In this document: positions 53,651 through 64,000 of the stretch, piece after piece
Position numbering within the stretch: the first letter of the stretch is position 1
Layout: each line of letters opens with the position of its first letter
Assembly (NCBI GenBank): GCA_977030845.1
Contig: OZ365112.1
Location: 5,394,001 to 5,458,000, forward strand
Reading direction: 5' to 3'
From: Fimbriosthenelais zetlandica
Lineage: Eukaryota
Length of the DNA: 64,000 bases
Position numbers and translations under genes: made by a program
Notes under the pieces: model-generated
Told to the model about the DNA's origin: nothing
Seen by the model: the letters and a program-made list of their open reading frames with translations, nothing else
Databases searched by the model: none

Positions 53651-54264
53651 GAGTGGGTCTGTAGTCCCCTAAATGCCAAGCATTGGATTGTAAAATGCGA
53701 TCACTCATTTTCAGCAACGTAAAATCTTCAAATAATCATTTTGCACTAAAAGCAATTCTATAAATGGGTTCAGTATTTGTCTATGATCTTCCCTTACAAT
53801 CATAAATAGTCCAACTAACTCTTAAATGTTCCCGTCACCGTCAATTCTGAAGTATACGTGCAATGAAAATATAAAGAAAGAAAGGTAGAATGGCTCATTT
53901 TAATTGCACCCAGAATTTGACAACCTTAATGAGTCACCCTGCATGTCGTAAAGAATGGCATGTGAATTTCACTAAGTGTGAGGCCAAGTGACCGCCGAGG
54001 CAAGCCTGGCCAGATAAACTATTAAATTATTTCCATTCATTCCAGCTAAAGTCTGGGATAGGGATATGGAAACATATGCCTGTCGGAGTTAGATGACAGA
54101 GGGAGTGGGTCCTATGACAAAGGCTGAGAGGGGCTCGTTATGGGAAGGTCTGGCGAGTACCAGGCTACATGGAGAGGACAAACGTGTGACACCGAAATAT
54201 ATCAATGACTTGTCTACTGGATCTCGGTGCTACAGGGATGCAAGCCTGGGGGAAAGGGAAGTCA

Positions 54265-55264
54265 TCAGTAACACCAAACCTCTTCGGAGGACATTGGTAT
54301 AAAATTTTGCAAGAATTGCAAGTCATGAATATCTAGTGAATATCTCTAATGATCTGGTACACTAATTGGGAACACACCAGTGATCATTGCCTTATGATTC
54401 TTGCAGTGATTCTTGAAAGTGGAGCTCAATTGCTGCCAGAAAAGTCGCACAATTGTATTGGAAAGCAAGAGTCAGCAATTGAGATCATCTCCCTTGTGGA
54501 CCAACTAACCCAGTTCATGTAGGCGACTGGCATATGTAACCCCGTCCCCACATCCCCCTCTATGGGTGGGACACAATAGAGGAGACAGGTATGAAACTTT
54601 GCACGAATTGCAAGTCATGAGTATCTATTGGTTATCTCTAACGACCTGGTCCACCAATTGGTTACACAACAAGGATCATTGCCTTCTAATTCTTGCAGTG
54701 ATTCATGCAAGTGGAGCTTGTCTACAATACCATCAACCGCTCGTACATCAGTGCATCGCTCAACAGAATGTGTCCACCGCAGTCCCTGTGAGTGAGATCT
54801 ATAATCTCTAACCCCTTCCCTTTCCTGTGTAGGAGGACATGGGTATGAAACTTGGCAGGAATTGCAAGTCCTGAATATCTAGTGCATATCTCTAATGACT
54901 CTGTACACTAATTGGGTACCCATCAGGGATCATTGCTTTTTGATTCTTGCAGTGATTCCCGCAATTGGAGCTCAGTTGCTGCCAGTAAACGAAAAGTTGC
55001 AAGTATCAGAAGGTAAGACTGAGCAATTGAGATCTCCCTTGATAGAATGTGGACTAACTAACTCAGTCCATGTAGGTGACTGACATCTGTAACCCACTTC
55101 CCCCTCCCCGCCTGTTTGGAGACACAATGGAGGAGACGGGCATGAAACTTTGCAAGAATTCCAAGTCCTGAATATCTAGTGGATATCTCTAATTAGCTGG
55201 TATTCAAATGAAGTACCCACCAGGGATCATTGCTTCATGATTCTTGCAGTGATTCTTGCAAGCG
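54265..55264 (+). repeat. Diverged tandem array, 4 copies of a ~250-300 bp unit
   Basis: The anchor gagga(c/g)...atgaaact.tgca.gaattgcaagtc.tgaatatcta recurs at 54287, 54579, 54833 and 55130 (periods 292, 254, 297). All copies share gatcattgc...attcttgcagtgatt. Copy 2 has a replaced 3' half and copy 4 is truncated. Confidence 0.9.
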
Positions 55265-55699
55265 GTGCTGAATCACAAGACTCGGTATGTGCGGAACAAT
55301 ATTTTTTTCCACAGGGCGGGTAGTATATTTAGGGGCGGGAGGCCCGTTTTTAATCATGTTACCATGATTACATGCAGTTATCCATGTAGTTTATAATGCA
55401 TTGTAAAGCACAAGGATCATTGACCACAATGGAGAGAATGAATCAAACACCACCACGACGACCCTCCTGGTCATTGTGTTAACCACCATTTTTCAGCCTG
55501 ACACTTGTGACCAGGTGGAGGAGATGGGGGCAGGTGATTAAGTCTGACACCTGACACTCTGTGCTGGACTCCCAGTCCCTTCACATGGGATTGACCAGTC
55601 CACTTCTTCACTCACCACTTATCACTCACTATCCCATTGACCACGCTGGCTCACCGCCTCCGGCCATAAGCTCTCTTGACCATTGCTGCTGACCATCAC

Positions 55700-55990
55700 A
55701 GTTGGGGTCTGTTTCATGAAAAAAAAATGAGCTCATATCTCCATTGTTACTCTGGACATGGATTCATCTGTATTGGAAAAACATGGGTTTTGCACAATAC
55801 AGGAACAAATCCTTTTAAAACGCATGAAAGATCGTCGAGCAATGGTTACTGTTTGGTTTATTTTTACAACACATACCCCATGGCCCTTATCATACTCCAC
55901 CCAATCCATGCAGCAGTGTCTAGGGTGATCCATTTGGCTTCCTGTAGCTCAAGCATTTGCAGCTTTGGCCCCGGCTAAGGCTAAGTCCTC
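55700..55990 (-). mobile_element. Decayed RTE-like APE endonuclease fragment
   Basis: LQEAKW (55930-55947; cf. LQETRW), then KGHGVCVVK, RSFMRF and CIVQNPCFSNTDE in ORF 55733..55933 (cf. HGVGFA.K, RLM.LRL, IISAYAPT...DE). Confidence 0.45.
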
Positions 55991-57636
55991 AGCAATTGCC
56001 TTATTGACCCCAGTGTTAAAGCTGAATGGAGCCGAACAGGCATATTGGCAGCATTTAGGTAACAGACTGGAAATACCCATATTTTTATTCAATCACTTGC
56101 TTTTTACCCAACCATATGAACGTGTAAACAACGGATTATAGTGAGCGGTACTTTAAAGTTGTTATAGGAACACGAAAGCAGCAATTCCTTGCTCAAATCT
56201 AGTTATACATTATGCATTTTGCCCATTCCCAAATGGACTGAATGATTTTCAGTTCCAGCTGAGTTTAATTATTCTGATTTGGCCAGAATGGCTCGGGTGA
56301 TTATCGAGCCAAATTTAACAACTCTGTTAAATAAGGAAGTACATCATGAACTTGAAGTTCTTTACAGAAGTTTTCTTATTTCATTCAAAAACTCTTGTAC
56401 ACAAAGTAGTAAAAAGCCGTTAAGTTATTTACATGCTTGTTTAGCATGATAAGCAACCTCAGCTGTTGATGAAGTCTTTTTTCATTAGCCCCTTCCATCA
56501 ACCCATAGTGAAGAAGATAAAGAAATCCCAACAGATCCTGATCGATCCCAGTGGTTAAACACAGATACATTAAGCTGGAAAGTAAACTTCCTAAACGAGT
56601 AGAGGCCGACGAGTCTAAATACATTCCAATGAAAGTGATGAAAAACACACTCGGCAGTGTGTAATGCAATATATGCTCAAAAGAAATAAATCAGGCTCAT
56701 TTTTCTTAATTTCTCGGCGAGAAGCATCGCCGGGTGTGGATTATGCTGGTCTCAACGTCCCAGTTTCCTGGCCAAGATGAATGGCATAAATGGAAAATAA
56801 CACGACTCAATCCGGATCATGCCCAGCCGTGAACATAATGAAATATGCAAATGCAATTAGAGTAGACTCTGTTGGTCTGTGATTGATCCTTCGAACGGAA
56901 CCAACCCATTGCTCACTGCATAGACACTGGCTTTGAAGTTTTTTTCTTTATCTAGTTCCCATACTTGCTTCACTATTGTATTGTATTGGGAAAAAATGAG
57001 TGCAGTTCAGTGCTTCCTTTCTTTTGCATGTCACACAATGGGTTTCAACACAACCCCTACAAGGTCATCAAAGGACACATATATGTCGTAATGTAAAACA
57101 TAGGAAGCTGATCCCGTTCATCCTCTTTCTATGAGGCACATTAAAGGCCTCCCATGTTCTTGTCTCTCTTCATCTCAGCCTCTCCCACTCAGCCATCTCT
57201 GTGTGAATTAAGCCACTCTTTAGACAATGCCTGCCTTTGATAGAGATACACGAGGCATCAATTGTTTCACAGGCTTTCAGGCTTTTCCATGCCACACAGC
57301 ATGTGATGGCAATATTGAAGTGCCAATAACATGAAGCCACAAAGTGGGACACGTCATAGAAAAAGGTCCATTCAAAAGGCCCATTTACCTGATCTAACCT
57401 TGAAAGGGACAAAACACACGCTGAATATTAAACGGAGGCATGGCATTGAAATAACCTCACAAAATATCGGAGAGGCTAGCCTTTCAACGACTATGAGAAG
57501 TTTGTTGTAAGTGAGATACAAGGGAATTGCTTGCAATTCACGATTAAATGTCAATTTCGATTCAATTTCAGTTTAATCTGGCCGTGTAGGTGGGCATATT
57601 ACTAAAATGAATCTGGCCACATTAAATAACAACAAT

Positions 57637-57672
57637 AATGGTACTCATGATATGAATGGTACTCATGATATT
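57637..57672 (+). repeat. 18-bp tandem duplication
   Basis: aatggtactcatgatatg followed by aatggtactcatgatatt. Confidence 0.9.
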
Positions 57673-57849
57673 GTCCACAAAATGAGCACATGCTACTGTA
57701 ATTGATAAGTTATATTGAACTTCTCAGAAAACCTGATTAATTGGCAAAATGTAATAAAGAGATATACAATATTATCATTATGAGAAAACAGTGCGTTCAG
57801 AAAAACATAATAGAAAGATGATAATATATTATATCTGTAGTATAGGGAA

Positions 57850-58450
57850 ATATAGATTTTCTTCTGGTTTCCATGAATAAATATCCAATAGCCAGCAAAT
57901 AAAGTAGCGGACAACAGGATCCAATGACTGGGATGACTCGGCTTGCAGACAAAGTGGGAATCCATATTGCATCATTGAAAATCAAGATTATGGGGAAAGT
58001 TGTACCGAATTTTTATTTAGTACTCCGTAATACTGTACTGTCAAGGGACATGGGTGTAGGAAAAGGTGCGAACGAACACCATAGTGAATTTTGTCCACTT
58101 TCAGAGACCTTCCAACACTCCTGCATATCCCTTATAGTGACCTGAATGAATGTCGTTAGGCAGGAACAGAGATGCAAGCCAGGAAGGTTTAGGAGGGAAA
58201 CCTTACAGACATGGACAAAGAGCACATAAGAGGTCAGATGAGGTCAAGAACAAACAGAAGTCATGAGAGGGAATGGAGGTGGGGATGCGAGTGTAGCATA
58301 TACAGTACCGGATTAGCCCAACAAGTCTGAATGGCTGGCTGTGTCTTCTCTCAGACACTGTGGATGAGGAAGCTGGGGACCATAAAGTGTAGGGGGCTAA
58401 GGCAAGGCTGGAGGTGTTATTCTTGTCAGACATATGGACCTTGTAATCAG
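57850..58450 (-). mobile_element. Possible decayed L1 ORF1 fragment
   Basis: VSERRHSQPFRLVGLI (ORF 58203..58433; cf. LENRSRRNN.R.VGLPE), with weaker downstream IFND (ORF 57797..57985). Confidence 0.35.
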
Positions 58451-59016
58451 CCTAGAGCTCTTCGTCTCACGTCTCGTAGCGTTACCCCGGCACAACCACG
58501 TGTCCCCCTACGGCCTGGCACCATAATGCAGTTACACTACAGAAGCGACCCCTTGGGGACATGGTCCCCTGGAGGGCAGGCTTCCTGGTTCTGATCTCTT
58601 GCCTTCTGTGTGGGCAGTAGCTTTGTTCATGGTACCATCCTGCATGTTAGTTTCTCATTACGGCTTCTGGTCTTTCTCCGACTCTCACTCTTACCATCTC
58701 CAGGGACTCTCGATGATAACGCCTATAGACTGTTCAACACGCTCCTATCACTTATAGGAAGAAAAGCAATTATATAAATGTGAGGGCAGCAGTCGGGATG
58801 TGGAAGGGAGGTAGAGCACAATCATCTATAAAAGTGTCACTCGGCATCCGTTCCAGAAGCAAGGTGACCCCAGAGATCCTATATACATAATGCTAATGGA
58901 ATCCATGGGTCTTTTTGCTTTGCATGTCCGTATTACAATTTCACTGCATGCAGATGGAGGTCCCTGCATTTTTGCGATAGTAGGGGTAACGAGTCCTAGA
59001 GATAAGACTCACAGAG

Positions 59017-59172
59017 CTCGCAAGTGTCGATTAGAAAATGGAATTGATATTGCAACAAGAAAATGGCTGATTTGCAATTGATGCGATTGTAGCAAAAGCA
59101 GGAAGGAGAGGGAACCGACCGCATCTGCTGCAACTGCCATGGAAAAACATAACTGCAAGGGAGGCTGTGACC
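59017..59172 (+). repeat. Dispersed repeat copy A (homologous to 60784-60925)
   Basis: Shared ordered blocks with copy B: ctcgcaagt, attgatattgc, caagaaaat, tgcaattg, aagcaggaa, gagagggaacc, tgctgcaactg, ctgcaaggg. Confidence 0.75.
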
Positions 59173-60783
59173 ACATAGCACTATCCGCAAGGGACAAACC
59201 CCCATGCAGTGGATATAGATAGCATTATTTGAAGCATATTTGCAGAGTGGTTTGGTTATATTCAATGGATATCATTCGGGAATATCAGTTGTTTTTCTTG
59301 CTCTGAACTTCTGCTAAAGTTATGCAAAGAAATATTCAGTGCACCAAATGAGTTTTCGTGATTACATTGAAATCAACAGTTAGAAGAATGATGGGGTACT
59401 GACATGCCAAACCTTCATCAGGCATTCAGTGGTGTGTGGGTAGCTTGGCACTCGGGTATTGAACGTCATCGCTAACAACCTGAAACCATGACAAAATTAT
59501 GTTTGCCCTAGTTTATCATTGGCAAAAGGGATCTTTGGGAAAACCAAAAGAACATTTCCTTAAAGAATATAATTATATTTATAGATGTTGTTGAGTGACA
59601 GCTTAATTTCAAAACTTTCAAAAGACCTCTGCATAATTTTTCAAGGGAATTCGTGAAGATTATTTTCATGATTACAGGAATGGCCTAAGGTTAAAAACTT
59701 TAAAAACCAGAATATAAAAACTTTCTATTGCAATTCCTAGTAAAAAGGCCTTTGGATAATGAACCTTTTCAAGATACTTGTTAATATAAAAACACCAGCA
59801 GTATTGCTTGATGTTGAGAGGACTCTGCTGCTTCATCTTGTGGCTTGAAACCACATTTCTTTAGCCCTGACTGAGATGCGTAATGAACAGGCTGGAACGT
59901 GTCAGCCATTTCATCACATGTTAAATCAAATAAAGACAAGAATTACCTCCAGCAGCACCAACAAGTCATTTGGTATGCTGGAGCTTACTAAGTCTCAGTA
60001 TACAAGGTCTTCCCACTTTCTCCTCCCTGATATAAAGTCTGATTCGGGATGCTGGCCACGGTCGGTTCTAATAAAGTGTCGCTGGAACAGCAAGAAAGAG
60101 GCATGGAGGTTAAGATTTTATGCACGTCGGAGTGACCAGGGCAGCCTATACAGCTTCATGTATGGACTGCCCGCACACAGACACATTGCTGGGGCAAGGC
60201 CTGGATACATCCTTCACTAAAAGGCTTCATTTCTGCGGACCAAGTCCCAGAGAAAGGAAAAGGTCTTCCTGTGATCGGATATTAAAGCATCGAACCTATG
60301 CCTTAATAATATGGATGCTTGTTAATTTGCATATCTAGGGATATTTCCAATCAATGTGCTTGTATTACTTTGGCAGCAATATCAGTAACTAAATCTTCTT
60401 TTCGGTAGAGGGACTGAACTACTAAACTTCTGAAAAAGACTTTCGAATAATATAGTCTCTTTTAGATATAACAGGGTTTTAATCAAAGTGAGGGATATAT
60501 CAAAACCAACAAGAAAAATCAGCTTTAATATCTTGGGATATTTTTCCTATATGAAATAAGCAATATGGACCTTATTACTGAAGGTTGGGGAAAATCGAAG
60601 ATGTGGAAAGAATTCCATGTGATATAATGAAGATATAGTACGTTGGTCACTGCATTAGATTATTCCCATCCAAACACCTTGGATGATGGATGTCAGAAAT
60701 TTTCATTCTTCAACCTCACTGGCCACAAGCTTTCTATAAGCAATGGGGGGCATACACACAGTGAAACATTCGAGATTGCAAGA

Positions 60784-60925
60784 CTCGCAAGTCCCTAAGA
60801 GAATATTGATATTGCCAAGAAAATAGTGGTGCAATTGCAGTGGAAGCAGGAATCAGTGCCACAATGAGAGGGAACCTGTCACTGATGCTGCAACTGTCAA
60901 TGGACGTCAGCTGCAAGGGCTAGCC
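60784..60925 (+). repeat. Dispersed repeat copy B (homologous to 59017-59172)
   Basis: Same ordered blocks as copy A, with several indels. Confidence 0.75.
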
Positions 60926-61199
60926 GCAACTCATATATCGCAGAGCTTGCAATGTAAAAACAAGAGTAGCCTCCTTACATCACTAAAGTTGAGAAACACT
61001 CGCCAGACCCCCATCACTTCATCGAAGTTAGTGTCAAGGATGAAGTGAGAGGCATGCTGCTCAGGCTACGACCTGACGTAGAGATCGATCTAGGATGCAT
61101 GCCTCGCCTTCCTCCCCAATACAGCTCAGACGCAGCCATGGCTTCCTCATTTACATTACTCTCTCCCGCCCCACTTCAATACAACCATTCAAGTGAACG

Positions 61200-61600
61200 C
61201 CTGAGATAATGGGATATCGGTTTATAAAGCCTTCATGGTCTCGTAGAGTCAAAGGGCCCATATATATTGGGTGCCTGGGTATAGTACGTTCCCCACCCAT
61301 CAAGTTTTATCAAGTTACAAACATCAAGTATTTGAAGATCCTTACAAACCCTTTCAGATCAAATTCTTTTGGAGTTCTATCCTTTCTGCAACAATGCTCC
61401 AGTCAAAAGGATAGCCCGACCTTCCCATTTAAATTTGTCTCAAAGGACCAGGCTTCTCACGAATAAAGTACAACGTAGACTAACCCAGACACTTTGTGAT
61501 GAAGTACAAGTAGAAGGTAGAACTCGTATTGGTGTATGTTTATGTTCAACCAGGGATCTGCTTTCCAGCCATGTTTCCTGTTATTGCGGCAGTAAGGTAT
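61200..61600 (+). mobile_element. Decayed L1-like RT C-terminal fragment
   Basis: MGYRFIKPSW and NIKYLKIL (ORF 61209..61466; cf. SGYK.N.SK and IKYLGI), followed by EGRTRI (ORF 61369..61602; cf. .GR...I). Confidence 0.4.
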
Positions 61601-63339
61601 AGTCTTGGGAGCCATTCTAAGGGCTTACTCTGTAGCATTATTGACATAGCTACACTTTTAGAATGCCCTTAGACGTTGGTTACCAGGCATGTGGCGGTGA
61701 CAGCAGGGTGTCGGAGCCCATGTTATATGGCCAGGTCATGACATGAGTAAGTGATCAGAGAGTCAAATAACGATCTGATAGATGACCAAGGCAACACATA
61801 GAGACAACCTTCTGACAATACTAAAGACATTATCAACACACCGAAATAAGGAGTCAAGTTCCATAAAACAAAGACAAACAACATTGATTAGCTGCCTGTG
61901 CCTGAGATAAAGCCCTAATTCTGTGATTGAAACTCTTGTATATGATTTGAGAGTGAATTAACAGCAGAAAATGGTGGCTGGTGTTTTATGTATATTAACT
62001 ATTTTATTGTTAAATTTAAGATAATTTCCGATTAGTATGGTCATTGTAATTAGAGCTCACATTGTGTATATATTTCAATGTTTAGGACCACCTGAAAATA
62101 TACTGTAAAGTAGTAATGGTTATGTGAAGTGTCCTTCATCAATGAAAAAAATTGATGATCAATATTTTGATTTATAGAAGTATGGACCGAATTGAAGAGT
62201 GAAATGTGAATTTTTACAGAGGTAAACTTGTCCGTTCATTGGTTGACCAGATTCTATCAGAAACATTTCATATATCAATTCCCTGGTTTACAACACATTA
62301 TATAGACCTATACAGATATCTGCAGAGTATAAGATTGCATATCACTTGGCAGTACTTCGGTCAATGGTAAAAGGATACATTTCATACAGAAATATACTTT
62401 GCTACCTTTCTATTCGTGATTGCTGCATGATACACATGTATACATACAAATGGATGATATGGACAATGGTTTGAACCTAAAAGCAATGTTTAGCATTCAT
62501 TATAAAGCCCAGCAGGGGATTGATGATGGACTGAATGTGGGACAGATGGATAAATTGGTACGGTACTTATTTAGACGATACATTATTGGTTAGTGACAGT
62601 TTGGTTACTGATAAAGCAGCAGGGATTCATCTCGCATGAAGTTTTAGGGCTTCTCAATTAGCCTACACTCCTTATGTGAACTCTATTATGTTCTAGAGCA
62701 CATGCACCTAGAAATACCCATTGCACAGAAGGCAATGTAGTAATGCACATAGAAAAAGCCCCCAGCTGAAAATCATACGAGAAACTTGAGTAATCAAGAG
62801 TGTGAGCTGGTATTCACCCATAACAGGTTCTATACAAATTCTAACTAAAAAAACACTATCCTGGGGAGTAACAATTGTATTTATGTTACGGTTTGTATTT
62901 CAGTTTGATCTCAGGTAGCCAACTGGCTTCCGCAATTAATATGATTAAGAATGAAGATGATAGCTATCAAAATTCATTAATTCCGCATGAGGATACTTTC
63001 CAAAGACATTTATTCTAAAAACAGAAAGAGGGAGACTAAATGTCATAGGAAGACAGGGAAACAAAATGTCATGGACGGTCAGGATGTACGACATTACAGC
63101 ATATCCTAACCGTTTCTGCAAACTGGTTCATATTAATTTTACTTAACTGTAATTTGAGGTGTTTTTCACAAATTACACTTAAGGAATCAGAAGATTTATT
63201 ATAACAAGAATGCAAAAAAAATGAAATAAGTTAGTTGCCAAGTGATTGGATCTGGGCTGACATTCTCATTTTTCTCATTTCTCTTGTCTCCTTCATCCTT
63301 CCCCTACTTGTTAGATGACAGGGCTGGCTGTTCGAGTAA

Positions 63340-63550
63340 AGCCGGGACTCCACTGCTGCGATTTTGTTTGCGACACGTCTGCGACAAAGGTGATGCTTGT
63401 GTTTCAATGATAAATTTACCATAGGAGGACGGCCTTAAGGCCTTGGACACTTGAACCACAATTTATAAATTTTATTCTTACACAACTTCACAAGCATCAC
63501 CTTTGTCGCAGTAGTGTCGCAAGCAAAATCGCAGCAGTGGACTCCCGGCT
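63340..63550. mobile_element. 211-bp MITE, probably PIF/Harbinger type
   Basis: 62-bp terminal inverted repeats (63340-63401 vs 63489-63550, 58/62 identical) around an 87-bp spacer, flanked on both sides by taa (63337-63339 and 63551-63553). A 3-bp TAA/TTA duplication is characteristic of PIF/Harbinger. Confidence 0.85.
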
Positions 63551-64000
63551 TAAGGACAACCAGAAATGAAGAGTCTGAGGCAGTATGAATTGATCCCTGA
63601 ACATGGACCAAGTCAACACCCGAGGTCTGCCCACATTTCTCCTCACAATCAGATGTTATATTCCCTAGTGCCCAGACGCCCATCAATTAAGGACCCTAAG
63701 ACCATCCTCGCCCTTGAGACCTGAGCTGGTCTTTTATTTATCATATCAGCACGATTTTATATACTGATCGAGCAACAAGGGCAATGGTCGATCGGCCCTG
63801 AAGTCTTTCAATAATGATCAGCTTCAGCTGTGTTTGGTGGCATGGGTGAGACTGCAGAAGGTCCTTTGGTGCTTTGTCATGCCCGCCTCTCAGAGGCAAG
63901 CTGCCCGTAGGCAGGGGCTAAAATATAGTTTCTTCCTTTTTACGCAATTTCCTCTGGAGACGGTGCCTTTGCCCCGGTACACTACCTTATGGGTGGTGGA

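Noticed and set aside
54265-55264. CRISPR array or hammerhead retrozyme interpretation of the tandem repeat
   Set aside because: There are no short identical repeats with unique spacers and no cas genes, the context is eukaryotic, and no complete CUGANGA/GAAA hammerhead core was seen.
60139-60172. 14-bp stem with 2 mismatches and 6-nt loop
   Set aside because: Within chance expectation and too short for a pre-miRNA.
2900-61600. Using L1 strand bias to infer host-gene orientation
   Set aside because: The relics are split roughly evenly (about 8 minus, 6 plus), so no orientation can be inferred.
63435-63686. ORF begins MMGVWALGNITSD, resembling importin-alpha ARM motif AVWALGNIAGD
   Set aside because: The similarity stops after about 10 residues. 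The expected downstream RD.V...LRN.TW.LSNLCR is missing and the ORF runs into the MITE. Treated as chance; TBLASTN with KPNA proteins would settle it.

Overview
Non-coding eukaryotic genomic DNA, vertebrate-like; an amphibian or similarly TE-rich lineage is a guess from the repeat content. It is AT-rich, visibly CpG-poor and contains one 377-N scaffold gap. I find no intact protein-coding gene, rRNA, tRNA or CRISPR array. The long ORFs in the track are N-filled, low-complexity, or fragments of dead retroelements. Much of the window is a graveyard of very decayed non-LTR retrotransposons: about 14 L1/Tx1-like, 3-4 L2/CR1-like and 2 RTE-like fragments. These are recognisable only as colinear, frameshifted endonuclease/RT motifs, matched by eye, so their boundaries are approximate. 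Between them lie TE-free-looking blocks dense in homeodomain, POU, nuclear-receptor and CRE motifs, which resemble conserved enhancers of a gene desert or giant intron (inference; conservation not testable here). The clearest structures are a young 211-bp MITE with 62-bp TIRs and a TAA target duplication (63340-63550), a four-copy ~290-bp tandem array whose unit carries two inverted-repeat pairs (54265-55264), and a diverged dispersed repeat pair (~59.0 and ~60.8 kb). I cannot support a claim of a new biological system. The double-hairpin tandem array and the enhancer-like islands are the best leads.
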